Program-made: the position numbers and the translations under genes | Origin: Octopus sinensis | Lineage: Eukaryota | Assembly (NCBI RefSeq): GCF_006345805.1 | Contig: NC_043002.1 | Coordinates: forward strand, 4,402,001-4,466,000 | DNA length: 64,000 bases | Direction: 5' to 3' | The notes under the pieces: generated by a model | Told to the model about the DNA's origin: nothing | Databases searched by the model: none | Seen by the model: only the letters and a program-made list of their open reading frames with translations | Shown: in pieces, positions 1-13,000 of the stretch | Position numbering within the stretch: position 1 is the first letter of the stretch | Layout: each line of letters begins with the position of its first letter

Positions 1-797
1 TTTTCCCAACCAAGCCCTTCGATCTTCTGTGATGTGATCTTTGCAGTGTGGGGTCGCGCATTGTCCTGATGAAACATCACTCGTTTTCGATTCACTAAAG
101 CGGCTCTTTTTTTCTTCAAAGCTTGGATCAAACGATTTAATTGCTGACAGTAGACTTGAACATTGATTGTTGCATTAGGTGGTAACAATTCAAAGTGAAC
201 TACTCCTTTGCCATCCCACCAGATAGAGAGAAGAACTGTTTTCCCATGAAGTTCCCTTCTCGGTTGTGGTCGAGCATTTTCCCTTTTACCAAGCACCCGT
301 TTACGACGTTTAACATTTCGATAGAAGATCCATTTTTCGTTACTAGTCACAAGTCTATCCAGAAAGGCTGAAATGAGTTCGCGAGAATGGAGAGAAGAGC
401 AGATGTCAACTTGGGATTTGAGGTTGCTTTCGGACAATTCATGAGGCACCCATTTTCCAAGTTTAAGAACCTTTCCAAGTTGTTGAAGATGACAATGAAC
501 AGTTATATGGTTTGAAGTAAGCTTTATTGCCAATTCTTCAACAGATAATGCAGGATTTTCTTCAAGTAATGCCTCAAGGAGCTTATCATCAAACTCAACT
601 GGATGTCCTGTTCGATCTTCATCTTCAAGGCTGAAATCTCCACTTCTGAATTTTGCAAACTATCTTCTGCAAGTTCTTTCATTCAAGCATTCTTTGCCAT
701 AAACTGAGTGTATGTTTCGAGTCGCTTCGGCTGCAGAGTTTCCTTTTTTGTACTCATAAAGCATTATGTGCCTTAAATGCACTTTGGATACTTCCAT
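1..797 (-). pseudogene. Mariner transposase pseudogene
   Basis: Hand translation from ATG at 797: MEVSKVHLRHIMLYEYKKGNSAAEATRNI...RTCRR*FAKFRSGDFSLEDEDRTG...GKWVPHELS...LVTSNEKW...WWDGKGVVHFELLP...HQDNARPHTA. It has the mariner WVPHEL and HxDNARPH motifs. There is an in-frame TAG at 660-662, and the first catalytic D motif (VTGDEKW) is mutated to VTSNEKW. Confidence 0.92.
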
Positions 798-977
798 GTT
801 AGAAAGGGTTTTAATCAAAGAAATTTTAATTCTATTATTCTGTAAAATAATATTTAATTAGTTTAAATGTACACAAATGCATAAAAATAATATTTCCATT
901 AGACATTCTAAAATACTATAAAATTTCATTCAATTTTAAAGAAGGTAAAATCGGACGGAACTTATGGGATGACCATA
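1..977 (-). mobile_element. Mariner (Tc1/mariner, DD34D) DNA transposon, left part; continues beyond window start
   Basis: A TIR-like end (minus: TATGGTCATCCCATAAGTTCCGTCCGATTTT, ~947-977) abuts (TA)n and is followed by a transposase frame. Confidence 0.9.
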
Positions 978-981
978 TATA

Positions 982-1030
<49 letters not shown>

Positions 1031-1324
1031 ATATAATACATATAATTATTATTAATAATATCAAAAGGTAATCGGAATATTAGAAATATTAGAAATGTCC
1101 ATTACCAGTGGCCTAGCATGTTAATTTTTAGTCAAGAGACAATATATTATTCATATAAATACAGTTTACATTTAAACGCATAAGAGATATCCATCATACT
1201 TGCACGTTAGAAAGGACAGTTAAATTCCAAACCACTATTAGAGATAAAATTTCGAAGGGAATGAATAATAAAAACATTTACCATCTAACTCTTGGACCAA
1301 TGGTTTCAGACTTTTTTTCAATTG

Positions 1325-1430
1325 AAAAGCCGGCATAACGGGATGTAAACACGCAAACATCAGTTGTCAAGCGATGGTGGGGGGACAAACACAGACACAA
1401 ATAACAAACAAAACATACACACACACATAT
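1325..1430 (-). mobile_element. Fragment of SINE family A
   Basis: gatgtaaacac...ttgtcaagcgatggtggggggacaaacacagacac matches the body of the full copies at 4012-4430 and 52420-52821. Confidence 0.75.
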
Positions 1431-1491
1431 TAATACTATATATATATATATATATATTTTATATATATATATTATATCCATATATATATAT

Positions 1492-1601
1492 ATAAATGAA
1501 AGAATGGAGTCGAAGAAGATATTAACAAAATTCCTTTACTCTCGACATATGTTTCGAAGACGACATACTCTTAATTCGTTCGACTCCATTCTTTCATTTA
1601 T
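1492..1601. repeat. 23-bp perfect inverted repeat enclosing a Penelope-like pseudo-LTR fragment
   Basis: ataaatgaaagaatggagtcgaa (1492-1514) pairs with ttcgactccattctttcatttat (1579-1601). The interior minus strand has CGAAAC-ATAT-GTC, the stem-III half of a minimal hammerhead. Confidence 0.65.
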
Positions 1602-1718
1602 TCATATAAAAAAAACACACAAAATTTCCACAAAAAGAACCCTGAGTTTCTACCCTTGACATGTAGCTTCAAACCGTGTTTTCTAACGTGAATTTGCTAC
1701 CCAGGTATCGGTTAACCG

Positions 1719-1818
1719 NNNNNNNNNNNNNNNNNNNNNNNNNNNNNNNNNNNNNNNNNNNNNNNNNNNNNNNNNNNNNNNNNNNNNNNNNNNNNNNNNN
1801 NNNNNNNNNNNNNNNNNN
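1719..1818. other. Assembly gap (100 N)
   Basis: Run of exactly 100 N. Confidence 1.
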
Positions 1819-1901
1819 CTTTCAGTAGCGGCACCAGCGCCAACGGAAGCAGCAATAACTCGCCGCCACTACCATCACCACTACCAACATCATCATCAAC
1901 G

Positions 1902-1955
<54 letters not shown>

Positions 1956-3310
1956 GCAAACCAGCACTAGCAGCAACAGGAATAGCTCGCCGCCACTACC
2001 ATCACCAGTACCATCATCATCATCAACGTCATTAACATCATCATCATCATCAGCAGCAGCAGCAGCACCACTACAACGACGACGACCACCACAACCAACA
2101 CCATCACCACCACCACCATCGTCAGCAGCCACACCACCGCCACCACCTACCCAAACTAGCAGGCCGTATAATAACCTCCATCCCTGCCACACCCATGTTA
2201 AACGTCAGAATTTTCCACAGCACAAATTACGGCCACCAACTGACATTGCTGCATCTTTCATAGAAACACCACCACCACTACCTTCACCTCCACCACCACC
2301 ACCGCCGCCGCCGCCGCTGCCATTGCCGTCACCGCCACCTAATGTCGTTCCCGCTAACCTTATTAGTTTAAATCTCCTCCTCCTCCTCCTCATCATCATC
2401 ATCATCATCAACATCGACCAATCCAATATCTTGAAAGACGTCTTCAGTCCAAAACGTCCACCACGACCGTCGTCGCTCTCTCCATGACCATCCACCCTTC
2501 TACGCCACGAACCACAGCTTCCATCGAGTACCACTGGCATCACCATCATAAACAGCGACCATCGATCCTATGAGAGAAGTTCTATCGACGTAGTCCCTAC
2601 CATCGGTAAGTCTACAAACACCACAAACACCACCACCGAACATCATTAGCTACGTCCGGCACCCAATGCTACCACCGCCCACGACTCCTACCGTAGCCAT
2701 TATAAATCGACCAGTGACACCACCATCACCACCACCACCACCACCACCGCCACCAGTGCCACCATCACCACCACCACCATCATTATCACCATTACCGCTA
2801 CCATTATCGCTTTCATCGCAACTATATTCAACCGCAACCAGTGCCACCACCATCAATACCATCACTACTATCATTACCATCAACGCCACTGCAACCGACA
2901 CCACAAACATACCACCATCATCAACATGCCACCACCACCACCAACAACAACAATAATATTAGAACCACTAACACCATGACTACTCTAAGGAGCACATCAA
3001 CAGCACATCCATTTTTTCCACCACTACCAGCACCACTACCACCACCGCCACCACCACCTCTACCACCACCACCACCACCACCACCACCACCACTATGTAC
3101 AGCCAACATCATTCACAACCTCGGGTTAACCGCGGTCACCTGTCTCTATCACGACCGCCATCACTAACACCGTAACAGACCACTAAATTCATCCCCCCAC
3201 CACCACCACCAACAGCGACACAACTAAAACCACTGCTACAAAGTATGATCACCACCACCACCACCACCACAACCACCACCGCCACCACTACCACCGCCGC
3301 CACCACTTTA
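1819..3310. repeat. Degenerate trinucleotide low-complexity tract (CCA/CAT/CAG/CCG)n
   Basis: Interspersed runs of cca, cat, cag and ccg. The ORFs here are poly-P/G/H with no recognisable domain. Confidence 0.85.
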
Positions 3311-4011
3311 GCAATATTAGGTCCCCAAAGACCTCCGCTGTGTGCCGAGAGCAGTGTTTATCCAATTAGCAAAATCACTACAAAAGCCTATTTAGTGTTG
3401 TGAATAACAGTGATCGGTCGAATAGCATTTCGATTATTGTACATACGTGCATGAATCTACATAGATATGCACGTACGTATTCGTGTACATATCCCTACCA
3501 CACATGCATCTATGACACACACACGCCATAGTTTCCCTTTCTTTTTTCAGATATCATCCACGTTTCTGCATATTGAAAAATTACTCGTTTTTTTTCTCAC
3601 TCTTTCCCTTTGTTTCTTTCTCTCTGTTTCTCTCTCACTCTTTTTTCTTTTCCTTTCTTTATCTCATTCCTTGTACTGCTAAGTGCTCCCGTACTCATCT
3701 CTTACTCACTCTCTCACACACACACATACACGCACATACACAGACTGCGACCAGGCTGGGGCACCGCCTTGAAGGGTTTAACCGAGCAAATCGACTCCAG
3801 CACTTATTTTTGTTTTAACGCCCTGTACTTAATCTGTCGGACGCATTTTACCGAACAACTAAGTCAGGAAGACGTAAACAAAATATAGTTTTTATAAGCC
3901 CTTGCATGTAGGACAGAATGCTGGAGTATACACTGTATGGTCTTTAACCAAGCGGAGACTATATATCTGGCGCAATGGGTTTGTAAAAGGTCCCTGGCCG
4001 TTCAGTCAAAT

Positions 4012-4430
4012 TACTCTTTTACTCTTTTACTTGTTTCAGTCATTTGACTGCGGCCATGCTGGAGCACCGCCTTTAGTCGAGCAAATCGACCCCGGGACTT
4101 ATTCTTTGTAAGCCCAGTACTTATTCTATCGGTCTCTTTTGCCGAACCGCTAAGTGACGAGGACGTAAACACACCAGCATCGGTTGTCAAGCAATGCTAG
4201 GGGGACGAACACAGACACACAAACATATACACACACACATATATATATATATGTATATACATATATACGACAGGCTTCTTTCAGTTTCCGTCTACCAAAT
4301 CCACTCACAAGGCATTGGTCGGCCCGGGGCTATAGCAAAAGACACTTGCTCAAGATGCCACGCAGTGGGACTGAACCTGGAACCATGTGGTTGGTTAGCA
4401 AGCTACTTACCACACAGCCACTCCTGCGCC
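4012..4430 (-). mobile_element. Full-length tRNA-derived SINE family A (Octopus-type, internal (TA)n(TG)n tract)
   Basis: Sense head GGCGCAGGAGTGGCTGTGTGGTAAG (A box) ... GGTTCAGTCCC (B-box-like), and tail AATGACTGAAACAAGTAAAAGAGTAAAAGAG. More than ten copies or fragments in the window. Confidence 0.92.
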
Positions 4431-4494
4431 TTAATTAGCTTAAAGTCTTCACACAGGGTCTACTTGATCAGGCAAACCAAGAGTTACACAATAG

Positions 4495-4680
4495 GATTCT
4501 AATTTTCCTTACAGCTGCAAGAACTTCCGAGTTGTTTTAAAGGGCTTAGAAAAACTGAAGGATCGCTGCAATAAGTGTGTGAAGCTGAGAGGGGAATATT
4601 TTGGATAAAATCATAATTAACTGATCCTACTGTATTTTCTTTTACCCAAAGCCAGGGACTTTTCAGCCCCCACCCCTCGC
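4495..4680 (+). mobile_element. 3' end of a second mariner family (C-terminus + TIR)
   Basis: Translates ...FKGLEKLKDRCNKCVKLRGEYFG*, a typical mariner C-terminus, followed by gggacttttcagcccccacccctcg, an irritans/Hsmar2-like TIR (recalled, not searched). Confidence 0.75.
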
Positions 4681-4943
4681 ATGCGTGGCTAGATGTTAAC
4701 TCTGTCAAGTTTAACATCACCATCTACTTCGTGTGCCTTCGCCGGAGTTTACGTTCTTGTAGCCATAGGATATCTGACTCACTAGAAAGAGCAGTTAAAC
4801 TCCAAGCCACTAATTATTGTAATTCCGAAAGTGATTGGAAAATATAAACTTTTACCTTAATCCTAGACCCTGCAAGGTTTCTGCAGACTTAAATACAGAT
4901 TGAAATAAAATGATTTTATTTCAATCTGTACACTGTATTCTTC

Positions 4944-5496
<553 letters not shown>

Positions 5497-6035
5497 GAGT
5501 AGTTAGTTAGTTAGTTAATTTGGCTCAAAAGCAAATAGCAAGGCCATGTAGGGGGACATGGAGTTAAGTACAGGGTGGTGTTCATGTAAAGAGTTCAGGC
5601 CACTTGAGGTTAAGGGAGGCTTTGAACAAAGCGGTCGTCGGCATCTTCACCATCTCGTCTGGCAGCTTGTTCCACGGATCCGCAACCCGGACGGAGAAAG
5701 CTCCTCTCCTTCGATTGAGATGAAATCGTCGCAGGTAGAGCTTTTCGGAATGACCCCGCAGCCGACGCTCTGGAGCAGGAGTGAAGAACAGCTCTTTCGA
5801 GAGGTTACACTTTCCGCTTATGATGTTGTGGGCGAGAATGAGATCACCACGGCGGCGGCGTTTTTCAAGAGAACAAAGGTCGAGCGTCCTCAGCCTTTCT
5901 TCATAGGACAAATTTTTGAGACCATGAACCATGCGGGTAGCCAGCTTCTGGACTCTTTCGAGATGCTGTATGTCTTTGAGGAGATAAGGAGAGAGGCTTG
6001 AATCCCGTACTCCAATATGGGTCTCCAATATGAGT
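5497..6035 (-). mobile_element. 5'-truncated second CR1/L2-group LINE nested in the first, with (TAAC)n tail
   Basis: ORF 5582-6196 encodes LERVQKLATRMVHGLKNLSYEERLRTLDLCSLEKRRRRGDLI...FSVRVADPWNKLP. Tail aattaactaactaactaact at ~5500-5520. Confidence 0.88.
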
Positions 6036-7190
6036 AGCCATGCCTTCGAGAGCAGCCATGCCTTCAATTCGTTTAGTGAGTGCTCTCTGGGGTGATTCAA
6101 TCCTCGAGATGTTTTGTCTTGTATGGGGAGACCACAGTGGGCAGCAGTATTCGAGGTGTGGCCGTACAAAGGAGGAGAAAAGTGGTATGATGACACCGTG
6201 TTCTCTGGACCGGAAAGTTCTTAAGATCCAGGAACTCATCCTACGAGCTATATCGACCTTCTTGTTGATGTGTGCACTCCAACTGAGATCGTCATCAACA
6301 ATTACACCCAGGTCTCTGATATTGTTAGAGGCTGTGAGCGGTTCCCCTGAAGGAAGAGAGTATGGCTGTTTTAGTGAGGAATTTCTTCCAAAATGCATCA
6401 GCTCAAATTTTACCTCGTTCAGTTGCATTTTGTTTCTGTCTACCCATTGACTCACAGCATATAGATCAGACTGGAGTTGAGTTCGATCTGCTTCTTCATT
6501 GACGATTTGCTGGAGCTTAGTGTCATCAGCAAATATTTTCACTTTGCAGTAATGTACGACACTGGAAAGGTCGTTTATGTAAATTATGAAAAGTAGCGGA
6601 CCCAAGAGAGTCTCCTGGGGGACACTGCTGGTGACTTTTGCTGGGCTTGAGTGGACTCCATCAACTACAACATGTTGTGTTCTATTCGCCAGGAAATACT
6701 TGATCCAGTGTAGAACTTTTCCACGGATTCCAACATTTGCCAATTTTGAGAGTAGGATATTATGGTCTACCATGTCGAACGCTTTACTGAAGTCAAGATA
6801 TATGACATCAGAGTTCGAACCTGTTCCCAAGGCTTTGAGTACATCTTCAATGTGGTGTAAGAGCTGTGTTAGACAGTCCCTGCCACAGCGAAAGCCATGC
6901 TGATTTGTATTTAGGAGTTTGTGGGTTTCCAGGAAGTCAGCTATTCTTGATCTTAACACTCTTTCAAACATTTTGATGATGTGGGAGGTGAGTGAGATTG
7001 GGCGATAGTTGAGTGCGAGGGATCTGTTTCCCTGTTTGAAAACCGGGATGACTGACTGGGATAGAAACTGTTTCGGTATATATCCTGCGTCTAACGAATT
7101 TCTCCAGCGGTTGGTCAGAGGGACTGCAAGTTGGTGTCTACATTCCTTCAGGAGACTAGCGGGGAATCTATCAGGGCCTAGAGCAGAGTA
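6036..7190 (-). mobile_element. Reverse transcriptase domain of the outer CR1-group LINE (5'-truncated)
   Basis: NYRPISLTSHIIKMFERV, QHGFR, YLDFSKAFD, VPQETLLGPLLF (G>E), IFADDTK and VRPHLEYCCPLWSP motifs in and just upstream of ORF 5901-6971. Confidence 0.95.
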
Positions 7191-7337
7191 ATATTTATAT
7201 ATATATATTATATATATATATTATATATATAATATATATATAATATATATAATATATATATATATAATATAATATATATATATATATATATGTATATATC
7301 TATATATATATATGTATATATATATATGTTTATATAT

Positions 7338-7386
<49 letters not shown>

Positions 7387-7614
7387 GTATATATATATAT
7401 ATATGATATATATATATGTATATATATATATATGTATATATATATGTATATATATAATATGTATATATATGTATATATATGTATATATATATATGTATAT
7501 ATTTGTATATGATATATATATATATATATAGATATATATATATATATATGTATATATATAAATATTGTGTGTATATATATATATTATATATATATATATA
7601 TATTATATACATAA

Positions 7615-7728
7615 CTGTGCTCTAAATGGAGGTGTAGTCAAATCCTTTTTTATGGACTCAACCATGTTCTAAAATAAGTCGAAAGGTAAGCTACTAGAAA
7701 TCGGCACGAACTTCCGGACAACCCAATA
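7615..7728. mobile_element. Solo mariner-type terminal inverted repeat fragment
   Basis: Minus TATTGGGTTGTCCGGAAGTTCGTGCCGATTT (7698-7728) resembles the TIR at 947-977 and is flanked by (TA)n. Confidence 0.65.
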
Positions 7729-7744
7729 TATATATATATATATA

Positions 7745-7782
<38 letters not shown>

Positions 7783-8062
7783 AGAGGGAGAGAGAGAGGG
7801 AAAAGAGAGAGAGAAAGAGGAAGAGAGAGAGAGAAAGAAAGAGAGAGATAGACAGACAGATGAATAGATTGATTGATAGGGAGATAGGTAGATCGATAGA
7901 TGTATGGAGAGATAGACAGGCAAACAGATACACACAAAGAAATATGTAGATAGATATGTAGGTAGATAGATAGGCAGATAAACAGATAGATAGACAACGG
8001 TCAGTCAGACAGACAAATGGATAGAGAGATTGATAGGCACATATATATATATATATATATAT

Positions 8063-8082
8063 ATAGATAGATAGATAAATAA

Positions 8083-8166
<84 letters not shown>
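8063..8166. repeat. (GATA)n microsatellite
   Basis: Near-perfect agat tetramer run. Confidence 0.95.
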
Positions 8167-8167
<1 letters not shown>

Positions 8168-8633
8168 GACTGGGTTCTTCGTGTCTGTGTCCTAATCGCT
8201 AATCGACGTCCCGAATGATTTTGTAATGAGCAGATGGATTGAAATAACAGTCTCTAGGGATCTGGATAAGGGGAATGCACTAAACACTAAATCAACACAT
8301 TGAATCTGCGCTTCACCATTCTCTTAAAACCGTGTTAATACTACACTACCCTTGCATGCAATCACTAAACTGCCTCCTCTACCCGGCTCCTTCTACCCTG
8401 TTCCACTCTAATCTTACGGGTATTATCATTCTACTTACCTTCATTACTGCATATTTTCTGCGTCGAACGGTCAACTAGAACGTCTATCCTTGGTCACAGA
8501 GCATGCTAGGAAAAGTGACCGAATTATCCTTCACATCACCGAACGGTCCAGGGCGCTGCGTTCAGGTCGCAGTCGTGTCTTTCCGGCACGGGTTCGTACC
8601 CCACTCCTAACAAACAATGACGTTTTATAAATG

Positions 8634-8790
8634 CAGGCGTGACCTGTGTGGTAAGAAGCTTGCTTCCCAACCAAATGGTTCCGGATTTAGACCCAGTGCG
8701 TGGCACAAGACTCGAGCCTACAAAAGCCTTGGGAGCATATTTGGTAGACGTTAACTGAAAGGAGCCTGTTGTGTGTGTGTGTATATATAT
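8634..8790 (+). mobile_element. Diverged 5' half of SINE family A
   Basis: gtgtggtaagaagcttgcttcccaacc...ttggtagacgttaactgaaaggagcctgt. Confidence 0.75.
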
Positions 8791-8804
8791 ATAATAATAT
8801 ATAT

Positions 8805-8839
<35 letters not shown>

Positions 8840-8872
8840 GCGTGTGTGTGCGTATAAATATATATATATATG

Positions 8873-8938
<66 letters not shown>

Positions 8939-8949
8939 CATATGTATAT

Positions 8950-8996
<47 letters not shown>

Positions 8997-9049
8997 GGTG
9001 TATATATATATATGTGTGTGTATATATGTATGTGTGTGTATATATAGAT

Positions 9050-9243
9050 ATTCGCCATGATAGATCGCTAGCCACTACACATTCTTTATTTTCTCTCCTG
9101 TTTTTTTCTGTGTTCCTTTCTGTGGAAGAGCGTAGGCTCGAAACGTAAAAGACTTTTTCGCTTCCCGAGCGTTATACTAATACATCTGTTTGTTGTCTAC
9201 ACCCCCTGTCTTCGTCTTGGGTTTTTTTTTGTGAATTCTTCCC
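9050..9243 (+). mobile_element. Penelope-like pseudo-LTR fragment with minimal hammerhead-like motif
   Basis: CTTT-CTGTGGA-A-GAGC-GTAG-GCTC-GAAAC-GTA-AAAG at 9116-9151. Homologous copies lie on the minus strand at ~24395-24640 and ~25080-25340, all between (TA)n tracts. Confidence 0.6.
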
Positions 9244-9256
9244 TATATATATCTTC

Positions 9257-9399
9257 CTCTCTTTTACTCTTTTACTTGTTTCAGTCATTTGACTGCGGCC
9301 ATGCTGGAGCACCGCCTTTAGTACTTATTCTATCGGTCTCTTTTTGCCGAACCGCTAAGTGACGGTTGTCAAGCAATGCTACGGGGACAAACACAGACG

Positions 9400-9437
<38 letters not shown>

Positions 9438-9517
9438 CATATATACGACAGGCTTCTTTCAGTTTCCGTCTACCAAATCCACTCACAAGGCATTGGTCAG
9501 CCCGGGGCTATAGCAGA
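9257..9517 (-). mobile_element. SINE family A, 5'-truncated with internal deletions
   Basis: Tail ctcttttactcttttacttgtttcagtcatttg and body match 4012-4430. Confidence 0.88.
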
Positions 9518-10054
9518 AAGCGGACGATACATCAGTAAATGCAGTTGGTGTATTACGTTTCAAAATGAGATGGGGTGGTCATGGCTGGAATTCAATGCAA
9601 TTCTATCTCTTCACATGGGGAGAGAAAGAAAAAGAGAGTGAGAGAGGAGGGAGGAGGGAGTAAAAGAGAGGAAGAGAAGGAAAAGACATGGAGAGAGGAA
9701 GAGAGATATCTTGTGTGATATTCTGAGAGACGAACATGTAAACAGGCGGTCAGGCATGCAGAGAGACAAACTGAGCGGAAAAACCGATAGACAGACATGA
9801 GTAAGAAAGAGTGGGGAAGAGGGAAAGAAAGAGAGAGAGAGAGAGAGAGGGAGAGAGAGGAGGAGAAGAGAAAGAGGGAAGGTGCAGACAAACGGCGAAG
9901 CATGGAGACAAAGGCAGAGAGACAAGTTCATTAATAGACGTACTAAGAGAGATATGGGAGAGTGATAGGTATATAGAGAGAAAGATAGACATGCCGACAG
10001 ACAGACCGACTGACAGAGAGAGAGAGAAACAGACAGACAGAAATGTCTAGCAAA

Positions 10055-13000
10055 GACATGCTGACAGACAGACATGCTTGACAGACAGACATGCTGACAG
10101 ACAGACATGCTGACAGACAGACATGCTGACAGACAGACATGCTTGACAGACAGACATGCTGACAGACAGACATGCTGACAGACAGACATGCTGACAGACA
10201 GACATGCTGACAGACAGACATGCTGACAGACAGACATGCTTGACAGACAGACATGCTGACAGACAGACATGCTTGACAGGCAGACATGCTTGACAGACAG
10301 ACATGCTTGACAGACAGACATGCTGACAGACAGACATGCTGACAGACAGACATGCTGACAGACAGACATGCTGACAGACAGACATGCTTGACAGACAGAC
10401 ATGCTGACAGACAGACATGCTTGACAGACAGACATGCTGACAGACAGACATGCTGACAGACAGACATGCTGACAGACAGACATGCTGACAGACAGACATG
10501 CTGACAGACAGACATGCTTGACAGACAGACATGCTGACAGACAGACATGCTTGACAGAGAGACATGCTTGACAGACATGCTGACAGACAGACATGCTTGA
10601 CAGACAGACATGCTGACAGACAGACATGCTGACAGACAGACATGCTTGACAGACAGACATGCTTGACAGACAGACATGCTTGACAGACAGACATGCTTGA
10701 CAGACAGACATGCCGACAGACAGACATGCTGACAGACAGACATGCTTGACAGACAGACATGCTGACAGACAGACATGCTTGACAGACAGACATGCTGACA
10801 GACAGACATGCTTGACAGACAGACATGCTTGACAGACAGACATGCTTGACAGACATGCTGACAGACAGACATGCTTGACAGACAGACATGCTTGACAGAC
10901 AGACATGCTTGACAGACAGACATGCTTGACAGACAGACATGCTTGACAGACAGACATGCTTGACAGACAGACATGCTTGACAGACAGACATGCTTGACAG
11001 ATAGACATGCTGACAGACAGACATGCTTGACAGACAGACATGCTTGACAGACAGACATGCTTGACAGACAGACATGCTTGACAGACAGACATGCTTGACA
11101 GACAGACATGCTGACAGACAGACATGCTTGACAGACAGACACGCTGACAGACAGACATGCTTGACAGACAGACATGCTGACAGACAGACATGCTTGACAG
11201 ACAGACCTGCTTGACAGACAGACATGCTTGACAGACAGACATGCTTGACAGACAGACATGCTTGACAGACAGACATGCTGACAGACAGACATGCAGACAG
11301 ACAGACATGCTTGACAGACAGACATGCTGACAGACAGATATGCTTGACAGACAGACATGCTGACAGACAGACATGCTTGACAGACAGACATGCTTGAGAG
11401 ACAGACATGCTTGACTGACATGCTGACAGACAGACATGCTTGACAGACAGACATGCTTGACAGACATGCTGACAGACAGACATGCTTGACAGACAGACAT
11501 GCTTGACGACAGACATGCTTGACAGAACAGACATGCTTGACAGACAGACATGCTGACAGACAGACATGCTTGACAGACAGACATGCTGACAGACAGACAT
11601 GCTTGACAGACAGACATGCTGACAGACAGACATGCTTGACAGACAGACATGCTGACAGACAGACATGCTTGACAGACAGACATGCTGACAGACAGACATG
11701 CTTGATAGACAGACATGCTGACAGACAGACATGCTTGACAGACAGACATGCTGACAGACAGACATGCTTGACAGACAGACATGCTGACAGACGGACATGC
11801 TTGACAGACAGACATGCTGACAGACAGACATGTTTGACAGACAGATATGCTGACAGACAGACATGCTGACAGACAGACATGCTTGACAGACAGACATGCT
11901 GACAGACAGACATGCTTGACAGACATGCTGACAGACAGACATGCTTGACAGACAGACATGCTGACAGACAGACATGCTGACAGACAGACATGCTTGACAG
12001 ACATGCTTGACAGACAGACATGCTGACAGACAGACATGCTTGACAGACAGACATGCTTGACAGACATGCTGACAGACAGACATGCTTGACAGACAGACAT
12101 GCTTGACAGACAGACATGCTGACAGACAGACATGCTTGACAGACAGACATGCTTGACAGACAGACATGCTTGACAGACATGCTGACAGACAGACATGCTT
12201 GACAGACAGACATGCTGACAGACAGACATGCTTGACAGACAGACATGCTGACAGACAGACATGCTTGACAGACAGACATGCTGACAGACAGAAATGCTGA
12301 CAGACAGACATGCTTGACAGACAGACATGCTTGACAGACAGACATGCTTGACAGACAGACATGCTTGACAGACATGCTGACAGACAGACATGCTTGACAG
12401 ACAGACATGCTTGACAGACATGCTGACAGACAGACATGCTTGACAGACAGACATGCTTGACAGACATGCTGACAGACAGACATGCTTGACAGACAGACAT
12501 GCTTGACAGACAGACATGCTTGACAGACATGCTGACAGACAGACATGCTTGACAGACAGACATGCTTGACAGACATGCTGACAGACAGACATGCTTGACA
12601 GACAGACATGCTGACAGACAGACATGCTTGACAGACAGACATGCTGACAGACAGACATGCTTGACAGACAGACATGCTGACAGACAAACATGCTGACAGA
12701 CAGACATGCTTGACAGACAGACATGCTGACAGACAGACATGCTTGACAGACATGCTGACAGACAGACATGCTTGACAGACAGACATGCTTGACAGACAGA
12801 CATGCTTGACAGACATGCTGACAGACAGACATGCTTGACAGACATGCTGACAGACAGACATGCTGACAGACAGACATGCTTGACAGACAGACATGCTGAC
12901 AGACAGACATGCTTGACAGACAGACATGCTGACAGACAGACATGCTGACAGACAGACATGCCTGACAGACAGACATGCTTGACAGGCAGACATGCTTGAC

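Noticed and set aside
1819-3310. Pro/His/Gly-rich coding exon (formin- or transcription-factor-like)
   Set aside because: The frames I read hit stops and show no domain. Similar triplet tracts recur at 39180-39405 and 58366-58770.
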